A stretch of 64,000 nucleotides of DNA from Candidatus Omnitrophota bacterium (GCA_030698625.1 JAUYMS010000024.1:482-64481), one strand, 5' to 3'; numbered from the stretch's first letter, positions 27,267 through 37,950 are shown. Notes: generated from the sequence alone by a model not told the origin. A program made the numbers and translations.

Positions 27267-28283
27267 TTAGAGTTCCCTGCCCACAGCCGCGGCCAGGTTC
27301 CTCATGTCTTTCATCAACTCTTCAAACTGGCCGAACCTCAGGGATTGAGGTCCGTCGCTCTTGGCCTCTTCGGGATTGGGGTGCACTTCCACCATAATGG
27401 CATCCGCACCTGCCGCAATGGCTGCCAGGGCAATCGGTTTGACGAGATCACGCCTACCGGTACCGTGCGAGGGATCGATGAGAATAGGAAGATGAGATTC
27501 AATCTTCACCACTGGAATGGCATTGATATCGATCGTATTACGCGTGGCGGTCTCGAAGGTACGAATACCCCTCTCACAGACCATGACCTTGAAGTTCCCC
27601 TTCGACAGAAGATACTCCGCCGACAGCAGCAATTCTTCAATAGTCGCCGACAGACCGCGTTTTAGCAGAACCGGTTTCTTTGCTGAACCGCACTCTTTGA
27701 GGAGATCAAAGTTTTGCATATTGCGGGCCCCGATCTGAAGCATATCGGCGTATTGAGCGACCAGATCGACACTGCGGGTATCCATGACTTCGGTAACGAC
27801 GAGAAGTCCGTACTTATCGCCCGCCTCGCGCAGGTATTTCAAGCCCTCTTCGCCCAAACCTTGAAAGGAATACGGGGAAGTACGGGGCTTAAACGCGCCG
27901 CCGCGCAAAAAAGTCGCCCCGGCTTTTTTGACTGCTTTAGCCGTCTCCATCAGCATCTCGCGATTTTCTACGGAGCAGGGTCCCGCCATGACGACAATTT
28001 TCTTGCCCCCCACAATAACGCCGTTAGGCATCTCAAATTGACTTGGCTCATTCCGAAAATCACGGCTCGCAAGCTTATATGGCCGCTGAATCGGCACCAC
28101 GCTTTCGACACCCGGAAAGGCCTCCAACGGCTTTACCCGAAGCTTCTCTTCCTCTCCGATAACACCGATAATCGTCCGTAGGACGCCTCGTGAGACCTGA
28201 GGAGTGAGCCCGAGTTCCTTTACCTTGTCACAGATATGGTTGATCTGCTCCGGCGTTGCACCGTTGCGCATAACAATAATCAT
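27267..28283 (-). CDS. aroF: DAHP synthase (type I-beta with N-terminal regulatory domain)
   Basis: [37 protein letters not shown]. Confidence 0.95.
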   Translation of the reverse strand: MIIVMRNGATPEQINHICDKVKELGLTPQVSRGVLRTIIGVIGEEEKLRVKPLEAFPGVESVVPIQRPYKLASRDFRNEPSQFEMPNGVIVGGKKIVVMAGPCSVENREMLMETAKAVKKAGATFLRGGAFKPRTSPYSFQGLGEEGLKYLREAGDKYGLLVVTEVMDTRSVDLVAQYADMLQIGARNMQNFDLLKECGSAKKPVLLKRGLSATIEELLLSAEYLLSKGNFKVMVCERGIRTFETATRNTIDINAIPVVKIESHLPILIDPSHGTGRRDLVKPIALAAIAAGADAIMVEVHPNPEEAKSDGPQSLRFGQFEELMKDMRNLAAAVGREL

Positions 28284-28310
28284 ACTAGTTCCTGCTCCTT
28301 CCCCATCTGC

Positions 28311-29432
28311 TCATTTTGGATCAGTTCTTTTCAAGCATTCTCTTAAGCTTCGCAAAAATAATGAGTTCTGGGATCGCCGCCCAACCGTTACACGTATCCA
28401 TGTATCGAGGCCATACGCCTTCATAGAACGAATAATAATACCCACTTTCAACAGGGATTGAAAGACATCATTGCCATCGCAACCCGTCTTAACAAGGACA
28501 AAATTAGCCTGGCTCGGGAGATACTCTAGTCCCAGTTGCTTAAAATGCTTATAAAAAAAGCGTCTCCCCCTGGATACCAGGTGCTTGGTCCTCCAAATAA
28601 AAAAACGATCATCGAGAGCTGCCGTAGCCGCCGCCTGGGCAATGGAGTTGACGTTAAACGGCTGTCTGATCTTATGGAGATAAGATATGAGCTGCTCGTT
28701 CGCCACAGCATAGCCGACTCGAAGCCCCGCAAGGCCATAGGCCTTCGAGAACGTGCGCATCACAATCAGATTGGGCCTACTCTTCTCCACATAGCTAAGT
28801 GCATCGGGAAAATCTTCGGCTTCTACAAAGTTAATATAAGCCTCATCAATACATACGATAACGTTTTGCGGAACTTTTGCCAGAAATGCCTCTAGTTCAG
28901 CCGTAGTCACATAGGTGCCCGTCGGATTGTTCGGGTTCGCAATGAAAACAATCCGGGTCTTTTCGGTGATCGCCTGAACCATCGCTTCCAGATCATAGCG
29001 ATAACCGGACGCCATCGGGACCCCCACATATTTAGCACCACAGGCTTGCGAAAGGATGGGGTAAACGAGGAAAGAGGTCTCAGAGGACACGACTTCGTCA
29101 CCCGGGCTAAGAAATCCGCGTGCCAAAAGCTCCAAGATTTCATTGGAGCCGTTCCCTACCAAAATCTGATTCGTTTTCACATCATGCTCCACCGCCAAGC
29201 GCTCCACCAGATAATGTGCAGTACTTTCCGGATAGAGATGCGCTTCACGAATCGCGCGGCGCATAGCCCTGAGGGCCTTACCCGACGGCCCCAACGGGTT
29301 TTCATTCGACGCCAGTTTGATCAAATGACGCAGACCGAGTTCGCGCTCCACTTCTTTGATGGGCTTGCCGGGTTCGTAAGGACGAATCGCCTGAATGTAG
29401 TCTTTAAAAATGTCTCTCGTCATGGCCTGCAT
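28311..29432 (-). CDS. hisC: Histidinol-phosphate aminotransferase
   Basis: KLASNENP, NPNNPTG, DEAY, RTFSKAYGLAGLRVG. Confidence 0.94.
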   Translation of the reverse strand: MQAMTRDIFKDYIQAIRPYEPGKPIKEVERELGLRHLIKLASNENPLGPSGKALRAMRRAIREAHLYPESTAHYLVERLAVEHDVKTNQILVGNGSNEILELLARGFLSPGDEVVSSETSFLVYPILSQACGAKYVGVPMASGYRYDLEAMVQAITEKTRIVFIANPNNPTGTYVTTAELEAFLAKVPQNVIVCIDEAYINFVEAEDFPDALSYVEKSRPNLIVMRTFSKAYGLAGLRVGYAVANEQLISYLHKIRQPFNVNSIAQAAATAALDDRFFIWRTKHLVSRGRRFFYKHFKQLGLEYLPSQANFVLVKTGCDGNDVFQSLLKVGIIIRSMKAYGLDTWIRVTVGRRSQNSLFLRSLRECLKRTDPK

Positions 29433-29449
29433 CTTGATGGATCCAGAAC

Positions 29450-30541
29450 CTAGGCTTCCCGGGCGCCGGCGGCGGGGTAGGAGCCAAGGACCTTCGAGAA
29501 TCTCACCTTCTTATCTATTTCGCTGAGCATCTTGGCAACCTTTTTGTCCGCAACATGCCCCTCAAAATCAATGAAGAAGAGATACTCCCATGCCTTCTTC
29601 TTCGAAGGTCGCGACTCAATTTTTGTCATATTAACCTTGTTTTTTCGGATGGGATCCAGCATGTCGTAGAGGGCTCCGACCTTGTCCTTAAGCGAAACTA
29701 ACATGGATGTCTTCTCCCCTCCTACACGAGAGGGAATCTGCCGCGAGATCACAAGAAACCGCGTCACATTCCGGGAAAAATCCTGAATACCCTCGGCCAA
29801 AAGCGGCAGATTATAAATGGTCGCGGCAAGCTTAGAACCGATCGCGGCGGTTCCGTCTTCAACTTGGGCACGTTTTGCCGCAGCCGTCGTGCTGGCCGTA
29901 TCCACGAGTTCCGCTTGAGGCAAATGGACCTCAATCCAATGGCGGCATTGCCCGAACACCTGCGGGTTAGAATAAACCCGGCGTATGTGTTTTATTTCAG
30001 AATTTGACATGAGGTTGTGCTTGATCTCAAAAAGTATTTCCGAACATATCTTCAGGTCAGAATCAATAAACATATCGAGAGAGTGATTAACGGCACCTTC
30101 GATGGAGTTTTCCACAGGGATGACTCCGTAGTCGGCTTGCTTTCGCTCAACCTGCCTAAAGACTTCATTGATGCTTGCGACCGGAACATAATCGACACTG
30201 GCACCAAACTTTGACAGAGACGCGAGATGCGTGAACGTCGCTTCCGGGCCGAGGTAAGCAATACACAACGGCTTCTCAAGTGCAAGAGCCGCCGACATAA
30301 TCTCACGATAAATCGACTTCAACGATTCCTGCGGCAACGGGCCTTTGCCCTTTTCTTCCAGCTTGCGATAGATTTGGCTTTCTCGCTCCGGAGCATAGAT
30401 TTCCTTACCCATGCGGGTTTTTGCCAAGCCTACCTGCAGGGCGAGTTCCGTGCGTTCGTGAAGCGCCTTGATAATCCGGTCATCAAGGCCGTCGATCATC
30501 TTGCGCAACTGCGCCAAATCGGGTTGCTTCTTCTTAGTCAT
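29450..30541 (-). CDS. pheA: Chorismate mutase/prephenate dehydratase
   Basis: LRKMIDGLD chorismate mutase domain, YLGPEATFT, PVENSIEG, NVTRF, KIESRP. Start moved to the ATG at 30541, which overlaps the end of scpB. Confidence 0.93.
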   Translation of the reverse strand: MTKKKQPDLAQLRKMIDGLDDRIIKALHERTELALQVGLAKTRMGKEIYAPERESQIYRKLEEKGKGPLPQESLKSIYREIMSAALALEKPLCIAYLGPEATFTHLASLSKFGASVDYVPVASINEVFRQVERKQADYGVIPVENSIEGAVNHSLDMFIDSDLKICSEILFEIKHNLMSNSEIKHIRRVYSNPQVFGQCRHWIEVHLPQAELVDTASTTAAAKRAQVEDGTAAIGSKLAATIYNLPLLAEGIQDFSRNVTRFLVISRQIPSRVGGEKTSMLVSLKDKVGALYDMLDPIRKNKVNMTKIESRPSKKKAWEYLFFIDFEGHVADKKVAKMLSEIDKKVRFSKVLGSYPAAGAREA

Positions 30542-31343
30542 TTTTTCCAGACTCCTGAACAGCGGGTTCTTCGGCCTCTCCGGCTGTCGCCTCCTCATCA
30601 TCGCTGGGCACATCTACCAGCTTTTCCGTTCCAAGCAGGTCTTCTTTACGAACCGAGTTTTCGACCAGATTCCTGATTTCATCGATGTTCGGAAGATCCG
30701 AGATATCCCTTAGACCGAAGTGTTCCAGGAACTGAGGTGTCGTTCCGTAAAGAAAGGGGCGTCCGGGAATTTCTTTACGCCCCACGATACGCACCAAGCT
30801 GCGCGCCTGAAGATTCTGCAACACGCCACTCGCATCCACGCCGCGCAACTCTTCTATTTCCGCGCGCGTGACGGGTTGTTTGTAAGCCAGTATTGAGAGC
30901 GTCTCCAGCGCCGATTGGGTTGCCTGACGCGCCTTTTTCTGCAGTTCCACCTTACATATCCAGGGTGCATACTCCTTGCGCGTAGCAATCTCATAGCCCC
31001 CGGCAATTTCGTACACCGCAAAGCTCCGCTCGCTCTGGTCATATTCGTCGCGAATCTCGGAAATCATCTTTTGGATCTGGACCGGCGTAAAGTTTTTCAT
31101 CACGCGACGGATTTCGTTCGTTGTCATCGGCTTAGATGAGGCAAACAGCAGGGCCTCGACGACTTTCTTTGCTTTTTCGGGAGTCAGTGATTCGCTATCG
31201 GCTTTTTCAACTTCTACTTTGGTCGCATGCGCAAGCAATTCAGGCGGCAACTGCTCCATAAGCTTCTCTTCAAGCTCCCTTCGGATATTCTTCAGCTTCT
31301 CTTCGCGCTCCTTCTCTCGCATTTGAGCTTCTTTTGCATTCAC
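30534..31343 (-). CDS. scpB: SMC-Scp complex subunit ScpB (with N-terminal extension)
   Basis: VEALLFAS, ALETLSILAYKQPVTRAEIE.LRGV, GRPFLYGTT..FL..FGL. Confidence 0.94.
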   Translation of the reverse strand: MNAKEAQMREKEREEKLKNIRRELEEKLMEQLPPELLAHATKVEVEKADSESLTPEKAKKVVEALLFASSKPMTTNEIRRVMKNFTPVQIQKMISEIRDEYDQSERSFAVYEIAGGYEIATRKEYAPWICKVELQKKARQATQSALETLSILAYKQPVTRAEIEELRGVDASGVLQNLQARSLVRIVGRKEIPGRPFLYGTTPQFLEHFGLRDISDLPNIDEIRNLVENSVRKEDLLGTEKLVDVPSDDEEATAGEAEEPAVQESGKND

Positions 31344-32083
31344 GCTTGATCTACCTCCTGCCTCGTAGTTTTATTTTCGATAATAATTTCTCCGAATCTC
31401 TCAGCTTGAAGGGTTCTCACATTACCCGACCGAATCACTTCCAAGAGGGCCAGGAACGTCGCAATCACTTCGTTGCGCGTTCGATACCCTCGGAAAAGTT
31501 TCGAAAAAACGACTCTTCCGTCACGCGCGAGCAGCGCGCGCAGTTCGTTGATCTTTTCCTCAATCGAAATAATTTCTTCAAGAACTTCATGAGTCGCCAC
31601 CTTCGAAAAACGCGATAAAATCCCCTGCAGCGCAGAAATAAGATCGTAGAGATTCGCAGTAAATGCCTCCTGCGGCAATTCGTTCGGATCAATATCCGGA
31701 AGATAATAGTCCGTGATCTGCCGGGAAAACACTTTCCCTCTCTCGCCCTCCAAAAGCCCCAATTCCTTGGCCGCTTCACGAAACGCCTGGTATTCAAGCA
31801 GCTTTCGCACAAGCTCGGACCGTGGGTCTTCCTCAAAATCATCTTCCTCGATTGTTTCTTGCGGCAGCAACATCCTCGACTTGATATAAATCAGCGTCGC
31901 CGCCAGAACCAGGTACTCTCCGGCAACCTCCAGATCCAGCTGCTTCATTTGCCCCAGAGTTTCAAGGTATTGTCGCGTAATCTCGGCAATGGGAATATCG
32001 TAGATATCCATCTCATTTTTGCGAATAAGGTCTAAGAGGAGTTCCAGCGGCCCGTCATAAACGGGCAACTTAACATTAATCAT
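31340..32083 (-). CDS. scpA: Segregation/condensation protein ScpA
   Basis: YDGPLELLLDLI, IKSRMLLP, TFLALLE. Confidence 0.94.
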   Translation of the reverse strand: MINVKLPVYDGPLELLLDLIRKNEMDIYDIPIAEITRQYLETLGQMKQLDLEVAGEYLVLAATLIYIKSRMLLPQETIEEDDFEEDPRSELVRKLLEYQAFREAAKELGLLEGERGKVFSRQITDYYLPDIDPNELPQEAFTANLYDLISALQGILSRFSKVATHEVLEEIISIEEKINELRALLARDGRVVFSKLFRGYRTRNEVIATFLALLEVIRSGNVRTLQAERFGEIIIENKTTRQEVDQA

Positions 32084-33081
32084 TTCACCCTTTCCTTTGG
32101 CCTTCGGAGTCCGACAGCAGCCATTACTTCGGCCATCGTCTCGCTTGCAACCTCACGCGCTCTGACTCGCCCGCGCGCTAAAATATCCTTCACCTGATCC
32201 TTCTGACGCACCCACTTTTCACGCCGCTCTCGAATGGGGTCCATAAACTCGTTCAACTTACCGGCCATTTCCAATTTACAGTCAACGCAGCCCCTTTGAG
32301 CTTCGCGGCATTCGCTTGCGACGGTATCGACCTGATCTGCATTCAAGAGTTTATGGTAGAAAAAAACCGGGCAAACTTCCGGATTTCCTTTATCCTCGCG
32401 CCGCTTGCGCCCTGGATCCGTTACCATCGACTTCACCTTTTTGATCACCACGTCGGGGGAATCGGCAAGATAAATACAGTTGTTGTAGCTCTTGCTCATC
32501 TTGCGGCCGTCAAGACCGGGAATCCGGGGCACTTCCGTTAAAATGGCTTCTGGTTCCGGGAAAACTTCAGCCCCATAAAGATGATGAAATCGACGGGCAA
32601 TTTCCCGGGTCAATTCCAGGTGAGGCAACTGATCTTCTCCGACAGGAACTTTAACAGCCTTGTAAAGAAGGATATCTGCTGCCTGCAACACCGGATACCC
32701 TAAAAAACCATACGTATGCAATTCCCGGCCCGCGAGCTCCTTAAGCTGATCTTTATAGGTTGGATTTCGCTCGAGCCAGCCAAGCGGCGTAATCATTCCC
32801 AACATCAGAGCCAATTCCGCATGCTCAGGCACTTCGCTCTGAACAAAGATCGTGCACTGCTCGGGATCCAAGCCTCCCGCCAGATAATCCGTAATGACTT
32901 CGTAGACATTATCGGCAATCTCGGTATGGCTCTCGTACTCGGTTGTGAGAGCGTGCCAATCGGCGATCATGAAAAAGGAGTCCTGCCCCTGCAATTTCTT
33001 ATAATTTTCAATCGCGCCGAGGAGATTACCTAGGTGTAGCTTACCGGTGGGACGTGTCCCGCTAAGGATCCGTAACGACAT
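32080..33081 (-). CDS. trpS: Tryptophanyl-tRNA synthetase
   Basis: PTGKLHLGN, YPVLQAADIL, VPVGEDQ, KMSKS. Confidence 0.96.
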   Translation of the reverse strand: MSLRILSGTRPTGKLHLGNLLGAIENYKKLQGQDSFFMIADWHALTTEYESHTEIADNVYEVITDYLAGGLDPEQCTIFVQSEVPEHAELALMLGMITPLGWLERNPTYKDQLKELAGRELHTYGFLGYPVLQAADILLYKAVKVPVGEDQLPHLELTREIARRFHHLYGAEVFPEPEAILTEVPRIPGLDGRKMSKSYNNCIYLADSPDVVIKKVKSMVTDPGRKRREDKGNPEVCPVFFYHKLLNADQVDTVASECREAQRGCVDCKLEMAGKLNEFMDPIRERREKWVRQKDQVKDILARGRVRAREVASETMAEVMAAVGLRRPKERVK

Positions 33082-33120
33082 TTGGCCTATTATTCTCTCC
33101 GTAACCCTAAGATTTACGGT

Positions 33121-33149
33121 ATTTTACAGTTCTTCGTCCAACCTGTCAA
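33121..33149 (-). promoter_or_regulatory. sigma70 promoter upstream of trpS (TTGACA-17bp-TAAAAT)
   Basis: -35 at 33144-33149 and -10 at 33121-33126 on the minus strand. Confidence 0.75.
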
Positions 33150-33192
33150 CCAGCCCGGACCAGTTTAAACGTATACAGCTTTTAGGGATACG

Positions 33193-33390
33193 CTATTTGG
33201 CACGCGGCGCCTTCCCGGTTAGAGCAAATCCCTGCCTTTTAACCGCCTTAATCATACGAAAGAAAGCCTGTACGGGAGTCCTGCCCTCCGTGAGGTTCTT
33301 ATCGCATACGGCGGCATAGCCCTTGCGATTCTTGATCTTAAAAATAGATACTTTGCCTGCGGCGAGCTGCTTCAAAGTCTTCTTTGGCAT
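33193..33390 (-). CDS. Small basic hypothetical protein (65 aa)
   Basis: Strong SD (GGGAGGG) before the ATG; fills an intergenic gap in the operon orientation. Confidence 0.75.
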   Translation of the reverse strand: MPKKTLKQLAAGKVSIFKIKNRKGYAAVCDKNLTEGRTPVQAFFRMIKAVKRQGFALTGKAPRAK

Positions 33391-33480
33391 ATATCCCTCC
33401 CTTGAATGGACAGACTGAATGGCAATTTAAAGTCGTTATGTATATCGGCAAGAATCGGCAGATATTGCGCCGGGAGAATG

Positions 33481-33927
33481 CTATTCGTTCATTTCTTCTA
33501 AGGCCTTCAACTCGTCGAACAGCACTTTTCGCGATAAGCGAAATTTGCCGTCCGGCAACTTGACCCACACCAGGGAACCGGTAAAAATGGATGCATTGCA
33601 CCACTGCATCACCCACTCCTTCGGCTTCTGCTCCTTGTAACGCCTCTTGAGAAACCACCGGGCAAAGGTTGCGGCAATACGCGGATTGTAATACAGCTTG
33701 TCGTAGAGGATCTGAAACTTGCCCTCTTCAAAGCGATCGATGAGATAGATGAGCTTTGAGAGGTCGGCGTCACCGCGCTTCACATATTGCTCATAGGCAC
33801 GGCTATCTTTAAGGGGCTGAAGTCCGAATGTATCTGACTGGGCTTCGGCAAGGGCCTGCGGATTAAAACAGCTCACTGCTAGCAGCACCCATAAAATGTA
33901 TCGATTTATGCGCTTGGTCAACTTCAC
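33481..33927 (-). CDS. Exported hypothetical protein, possibly DUF5329-like
   Basis: Signal peptide (ILWVLLAVSCFNPQALA). C-terminal pattern S..TG...WV...DG....L..EL resembles DUF5329 (recalled, not searched). Confidence 0.65.
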   Translation of the reverse strand: MKLTKRINRYILWVLLAVSCFNPQALAEAQSDTFGLQPLKDSRAYEQYVKRGDADLSKLIYLIDRFEEGKFQILYDKLYYNPRIAATFARWFLKRRYKEQKPKEWVMQWCNASIFTGSLVWVKLPDGKFRLSRKVLFDELKALEEMNE

Positions 33928-33942
33928 AGCTCGTGGTCTGAG

Positions 33943-36027
33943 TTATCTTGGAAATGCTTCTTTGACGCCGCCGTCAACTGTTAGTATACAACCGGTCGTT
34001 TTTGCTGACCGGGATGAAATGAGATACGTCACCGCTTCTGCCACATCCTCAGGCAGCACACGTGTTTTCATCAGATTCCGGTTCACGTAGAAATCTTCTA
34101 AACGTTTAGACGAAATGCCGTAACTTCGGGCACGATTCTCACGTATCCCGTTCCATAGTCCCGACCCCTCAAAAACTCCGTCTGGATTAATAAGGTTAAC
34201 GCGTATACCGAATTCTCCGTTTTCAATCGCAAGGATGCGCCCGAGTTGGACCTGCGCGGCTTTAGCCGCACTGTAAGCCCCAAAATCTTTTCCCGGCGCC
34301 AACACATTCTTGGATGCAATAAAGACAATCGAGCCTCCCATCACCTGCCGTCGCATAATTCTAACCGCCTCTCTGGCAACAAGAAAATGCCCGCGAGCAT
34401 TAACAGAAAAGCTCTTTTCCCAGTCCCGCTCATGCAGCAACTCTATTGACGAAACATGGGCCACTCCGGCATTCGAAACTATAAAATCAAGGCCTCCCGT
34501 TGTCAGCACAATGGACTCTAACCCACGCGTAACGCTCGACGCATCTGTCACATCCATCGTAACGGCGAAGACGCGACCTTTTCCTACCTGCTCGTTAATC
34601 TCATCGGCCAGCTTGGAAACCTTCTTCCCGTCCAAGTCCGCAATAAAAACATGCGCACCGCTGGCCGCCAGATGTCTGGCGATCGCCTTACCGATGCCTC
34701 CCGCGGCCCCAGTCACTAAGCCCACGCGACGCGACAGTTCGGCTTCCGGCGGCTGAAGCGACAGTTTGTACAACTCCATGGGCCAATACTCCATTTCAAA
34801 TGCCAGCCGCTCGGTGAGCGAGCGGTACCGGTCAACACTCGTAGCGCTAACCATCACTGAGATGGAATGTTCGTAAATCTCTCCAACTATAGCCGCAGAT
34901 TTCAAGTCCCGCCCCGATGCCAACATGCCAACTCCCGGCACGAGAATCACCTTGGGATAGGGGTCCAGCATCTGAGCGGAACCGTTCGACAAGGAGCGTT
35001 TGAGTTCACTGCGGTATTTCAAAAAGTACGTCTCATGCTTCTGCGCATAGCGGTTCACCTGCCTAACGATATCGGCTCCGGTCAAACTTTCAGGACTTTT
35101 CCCAGGCGGCTTGAGATAGAGGGCGTGACGCTTAGTCCGAAGCATGTGATCAGGCGTCGCGGGTCCGACCTGCGAAACCTTGGCCGCATCTCGCGCATTG
35201 ACAAACTCCATCACTTGGGGGGAATCATATAATTTCAAAACTGCCGGCTGGCGCTGACTCACTGCGCGTCTCAGCACCGGCAAGTACCGCAACAACCACT
35301 TGCGCTTCCCCGCTCGACTCAGGCGGATATAAACGGGAGCGCTCCAGTATTTTCTCTTTTTCCGTTGAACCGCCAGGTACCGTTCCGCGCGCGAAACCAT
35401 CTGAATCGTTAAGGAGTAGCTGGTCTTGGCATCTTCGGCCCAGGTAATGAGGCCATGATTTTCCAAAATCAGCCCCTTCGCCTCAGGGCATTTTTGATAG
35501 GCCTTCCCAACCCATTTTGCCAATGTAAACCCGGGCTTCACATACGGGACCCACAGCAATTCATCCCCGTAAATTTCACGAGCAATACTCTTACCGTGAT
35601 GGGTATTAGTAATCGAAAGAATGGCATCGGCATGGGTGTGCGTAATGTCAATTTCATCCACAAAGGCATGCAGAAGCACTTCGATGGAAGGGCGCGGGGC
35701 TTTCGGGTCCAAAAGGCATCGCGCCACAAAGTCGACCATTTCCTGGTCCGTCATTTTCTTGAACCGGAATGCATATCGGAGACCATCCAAATCGACGGGA
35801 GGAAAATGCTTGCGCTCAGATTGCTTCAGATCCGAGCCGCTCCCTTTAATGCGAAGGACCCGCCTCTCCGCACCGAGATGATCGCGTTCGACGGTCTTCG
35901 TTGAGGTATTTCCCCCGCCCCAGACGCACAACTTGGGCTCGGAGCCAACAAGACGGGAACTATAAACAAGGAGGCCCAGTTTATCTTTGGCCTTGGCAGA
36001 TTCCTTAGAATTCCAGAGATTTTTCAT
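33943..36027 (-). CDS. Bifunctional class II aldolase (rhamnulose-1-P aldolase-like)/short-chain dehydrogenase
   Basis: GGGNTS.K, PSIE..LH, HTHAD, TPDH; SDR motifs TGAAGGIG and YSAAK; ends VDGG..EAFPR. Confidence 0.9.
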   Translation of the reverse strand: MKNLWNSKESAKAKDKLGLLVYSSRLVGSEPKLCVWGGGNTSTKTVERDHLGAERRVLRIKGSGSDLKQSERKHFPPVDLDGLRYAFRFKKMTDQEMVDFVARCLLDPKAPRPSIEVLLHAFVDEIDITHTHADAILSITNTHHGKSIAREIYGDELLWVPYVKPGFTLAKWVGKAYQKCPEAKGLILENHGLITWAEDAKTSYSLTIQMVSRAERYLAVQRKKRKYWSAPVYIRLSRAGKRKWLLRYLPVLRRAVSQRQPAVLKLYDSPQVMEFVNARDAAKVSQVGPATPDHMLRTKRHALYLKPPGKSPESLTGADIVRQVNRYAQKHETYFLKYRSELKRSLSNGSAQMLDPYPKVILVPGVGMLASGRDLKSAAIVGEIYEHSISVMVSATSVDRYRSLTERLAFEMEYWPMELYKLSLQPPEAELSRRVGLVTGAAGGIGKAIARHLAASGAHVFIADLDGKKVSKLADEINEQVGKGRVFAVTMDVTDASSVTRGLESIVLTTGGLDFIVSNAGVAHVSSIELLHERDWEKSFSVNARGHFLVAREAVRIMRRQVMGGSIVFIASKNVLAPGKDFGAYSAAKAAQVQLGRILAIENGEFGIRVNLINPDGVFEGSGLWNGIRENRARSYGISSKRLEDFYVNRNLMKTRVLPEDVAEAVTYLISSRSAKTTGCILTVDGGVKEAFPR

Positions 36028-36084
36028 ATGCGGCGACAGTATATCATGAGGGCCGGCGACGCGGAAGGACTGACTACAGGGGCG

Positions 36085-37950
36085 CTATGACTTGATGATA
36101 TCGTTTTCCAGCCAGGTATATTCACCGCCAAGAACTTTTTGCGCAATTTTATAGAAGAAATTATCGCTATTCACAAAGAGGTGGCGAAATTGCTTTTCTA
36201 TGCGCCCACGACATTGCCGCGAACAAAGGTCGGCCAATTCGGCAGGACCAGTATCGCCCGGATTCTGGTTATGAAGCGTCACGGCCCGCGCACAAGTCGC
36301 CGACATCACAAAAAGATCCGTACCGATATTGACAAGCCGAGTCATTAGCTGCTGCTTTCGCTCCAGACCCTGCTGATAAATCATCATGGCGTGAAACAGA
36401 TGCCGCGCCAGCCGCCGTGCCGTGCGGCCGGTATATTTCATGTGCTTTGCCAGCGCCGGCGGAATATTCACACCTGAGGGAAGTTGATTCCCCGGCAGGA
36501 ATTGTTTCGGATACCACAACGCATAGTGACCGATGGCCCCAAAGACCAGTTTGATCCGCTCTCCGAACTTCGTGCGCGGAGAAACCAGCGGCATAATGCG
36601 GCGAACATGCGAGTCCATCGCCTCACGTGCGATAAACAGCCGCATAATCTGACTGGTTCCTTCAATAATCGTATTGATTCGTGAATCCCTCATCATACGC
36701 TCCAGAGCGATCCCTGCCTCGCCCCTCGCCTTGAGCGACGGTCCCGTTTCATAGCCCCTTCCTCCGCGGATCTGCATCGCGCCGTCGATAATCCGCCAAC
36801 TCGCTTCGGTGCAGCAAAGCTTCGCCATCGCAGCCTCAAGGCGAATATCCGTCTTTTTGCTGTCCGCCATAGAGGAACTGATATTGGTCACCGCATCCAT
36901 CGCAAATATTGTCGATGCCATAGCAGCAATCTTGTGAGCAACGGCTTCATGCTTGCCGATGGCCGATCCCCACTGAATCCTTTCATTCGCCCATTTGCGC
37001 ACCACACCCAGGCACCACTTAGACCCTCCGGTCACGGCCGCCGGCATAGTCAACCTGCCGGTATTCAGCGTCGTTAGAGCGATCTTTAACCCTTTACCTT
37101 CACTCAAGATAATATTTTCGCGCGGCACCTTTACGTCGGTAAACCGCATCAGTCCATTCTGAATCCCGTTAAGCCCCATAAACCGGCACCGGTGTACGGT
37201 CTCGATTCCTTTCATGGACTTTTCAACAATAAATGCCGTTACCTGCTTCTTCTCACGTCCATGAACCACCTTTGGGGCGGTCTGCGCCATAACAATCATG
37301 ATGTCAGCGACGGGGCCATTGGTACACCAGAGTTTTTCCCCGTTAATAATATAGTGCTTACCGTCTTCGGTGAGCGTCGCCGTCGTCGTCATCTTAGCCG
37401 GGTCACTACCGACGTCGGGTTCTGTCAAGGCAAAGGCCGAAATCGCACCCCTTGCGAACATGGGCAGATATTTTTGTTTCTGTTCATCCGTGCCGAATAG
37501 CATGAGGGGTTGAGGTACTCCGATGGACTGATGGGCTGACAACCATACTGCGGTAGACGAGCAATAACTCGCGACCATATGAATAGCGCGATTATAATTG
37601 ACCTGTGAAAGCCCTAAGCCGCCGAAATTAGGCGGGATTTTCATGGCAAAACAGCCGAGTTTAGCCAAAGCCTCAAGGGCACTCTTTGGAAGCTCTCCGG
37701 TGCGATCAACTTCGTCGGGGTCAATGTGCTCTTTGAGAACCTTCTCAAGACGGGCGAGAAAGTCATCGCCGACCATCTTTTCTTCGTCACTCTGCTGAGG
37801 GAACGGCAAAAGCAAATCCCAACGCAGGCGCCCCTGGAAAAGTTCTGCCGCAAAGCTAGGGTGATCCCAGGTCAGCTCCCTAGAATCTTCGGCAAGCTCC
37901 AGAGCTTTGCGCTTGCCCTCACTGACATTTTTTTGATCGAGAATCTCCAT
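36085..37950 (-). CDS. Acyl-CoA dehydrogenase (long/very-long-chain type)
   Basis: FALTEPDVGSD, INGEKLWCTNG, QIRGGRGY, RDSRINTIIEGT. Confidence 0.92.
   Translation of the reverse strand: MEILDQKNVSEGKRKALELAEDSRELTWDHPSFAAELFQGRLRWDLLLPFPQQSDEEKMVGDDFLARLEKVLKEHIDPDEVDRTGELPKSALEALAKLGCFAMKIPPNFGGLGLSQVNYNRAIHMVASYCSSTAVWLSAHQSIGVPQPLMLFGTDEQKQKYLPMFARGAISAFALTEPDVGSDPAKMTTTATLTEDGKHYIINGEKLWCTNGPVADIMIVMAQTAPKVVHGREKKQVTAFIVEKSMKGIETVHRCRFMGLNGIQNGLMRFTDVKVPRENIILSEGKGLKIALTTLNTGRLTMPAAVTGGSKWCLGVVRKWANERIQWGSAIGKHEAVAHKIAAMASTIFAMDAVTNISSSMADSKKTDIRLEAAMAKLCCTEASWRIIDGAMQIRGGRGYETGPSLKARGEAGIALERMMRDSRINTIIEGTSQIMRLFIAREAMDSHVRRIMPLVSPRTKFGERIKLVFGAIGHYALWYPKQFLPGNQLPSGVNIPPALAKHMKYTGRTARRLARHLFHAMMIYQQGLERKQQLMTRLVNIGTDLFVMSATCARAVTLHNQNPGDTGPAELADLCSRQCRGRIEKQFRHLFVNSDNFFYKIAQKVLGGEYTWLENDIIKS

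Noticed and set aside
31790-35030. RSELV in ScpA and RSELK in the aldolase-SDR
   Set aside because: Single imperfect matches in ordinary cytoplasmic proteins, consistent with chance.
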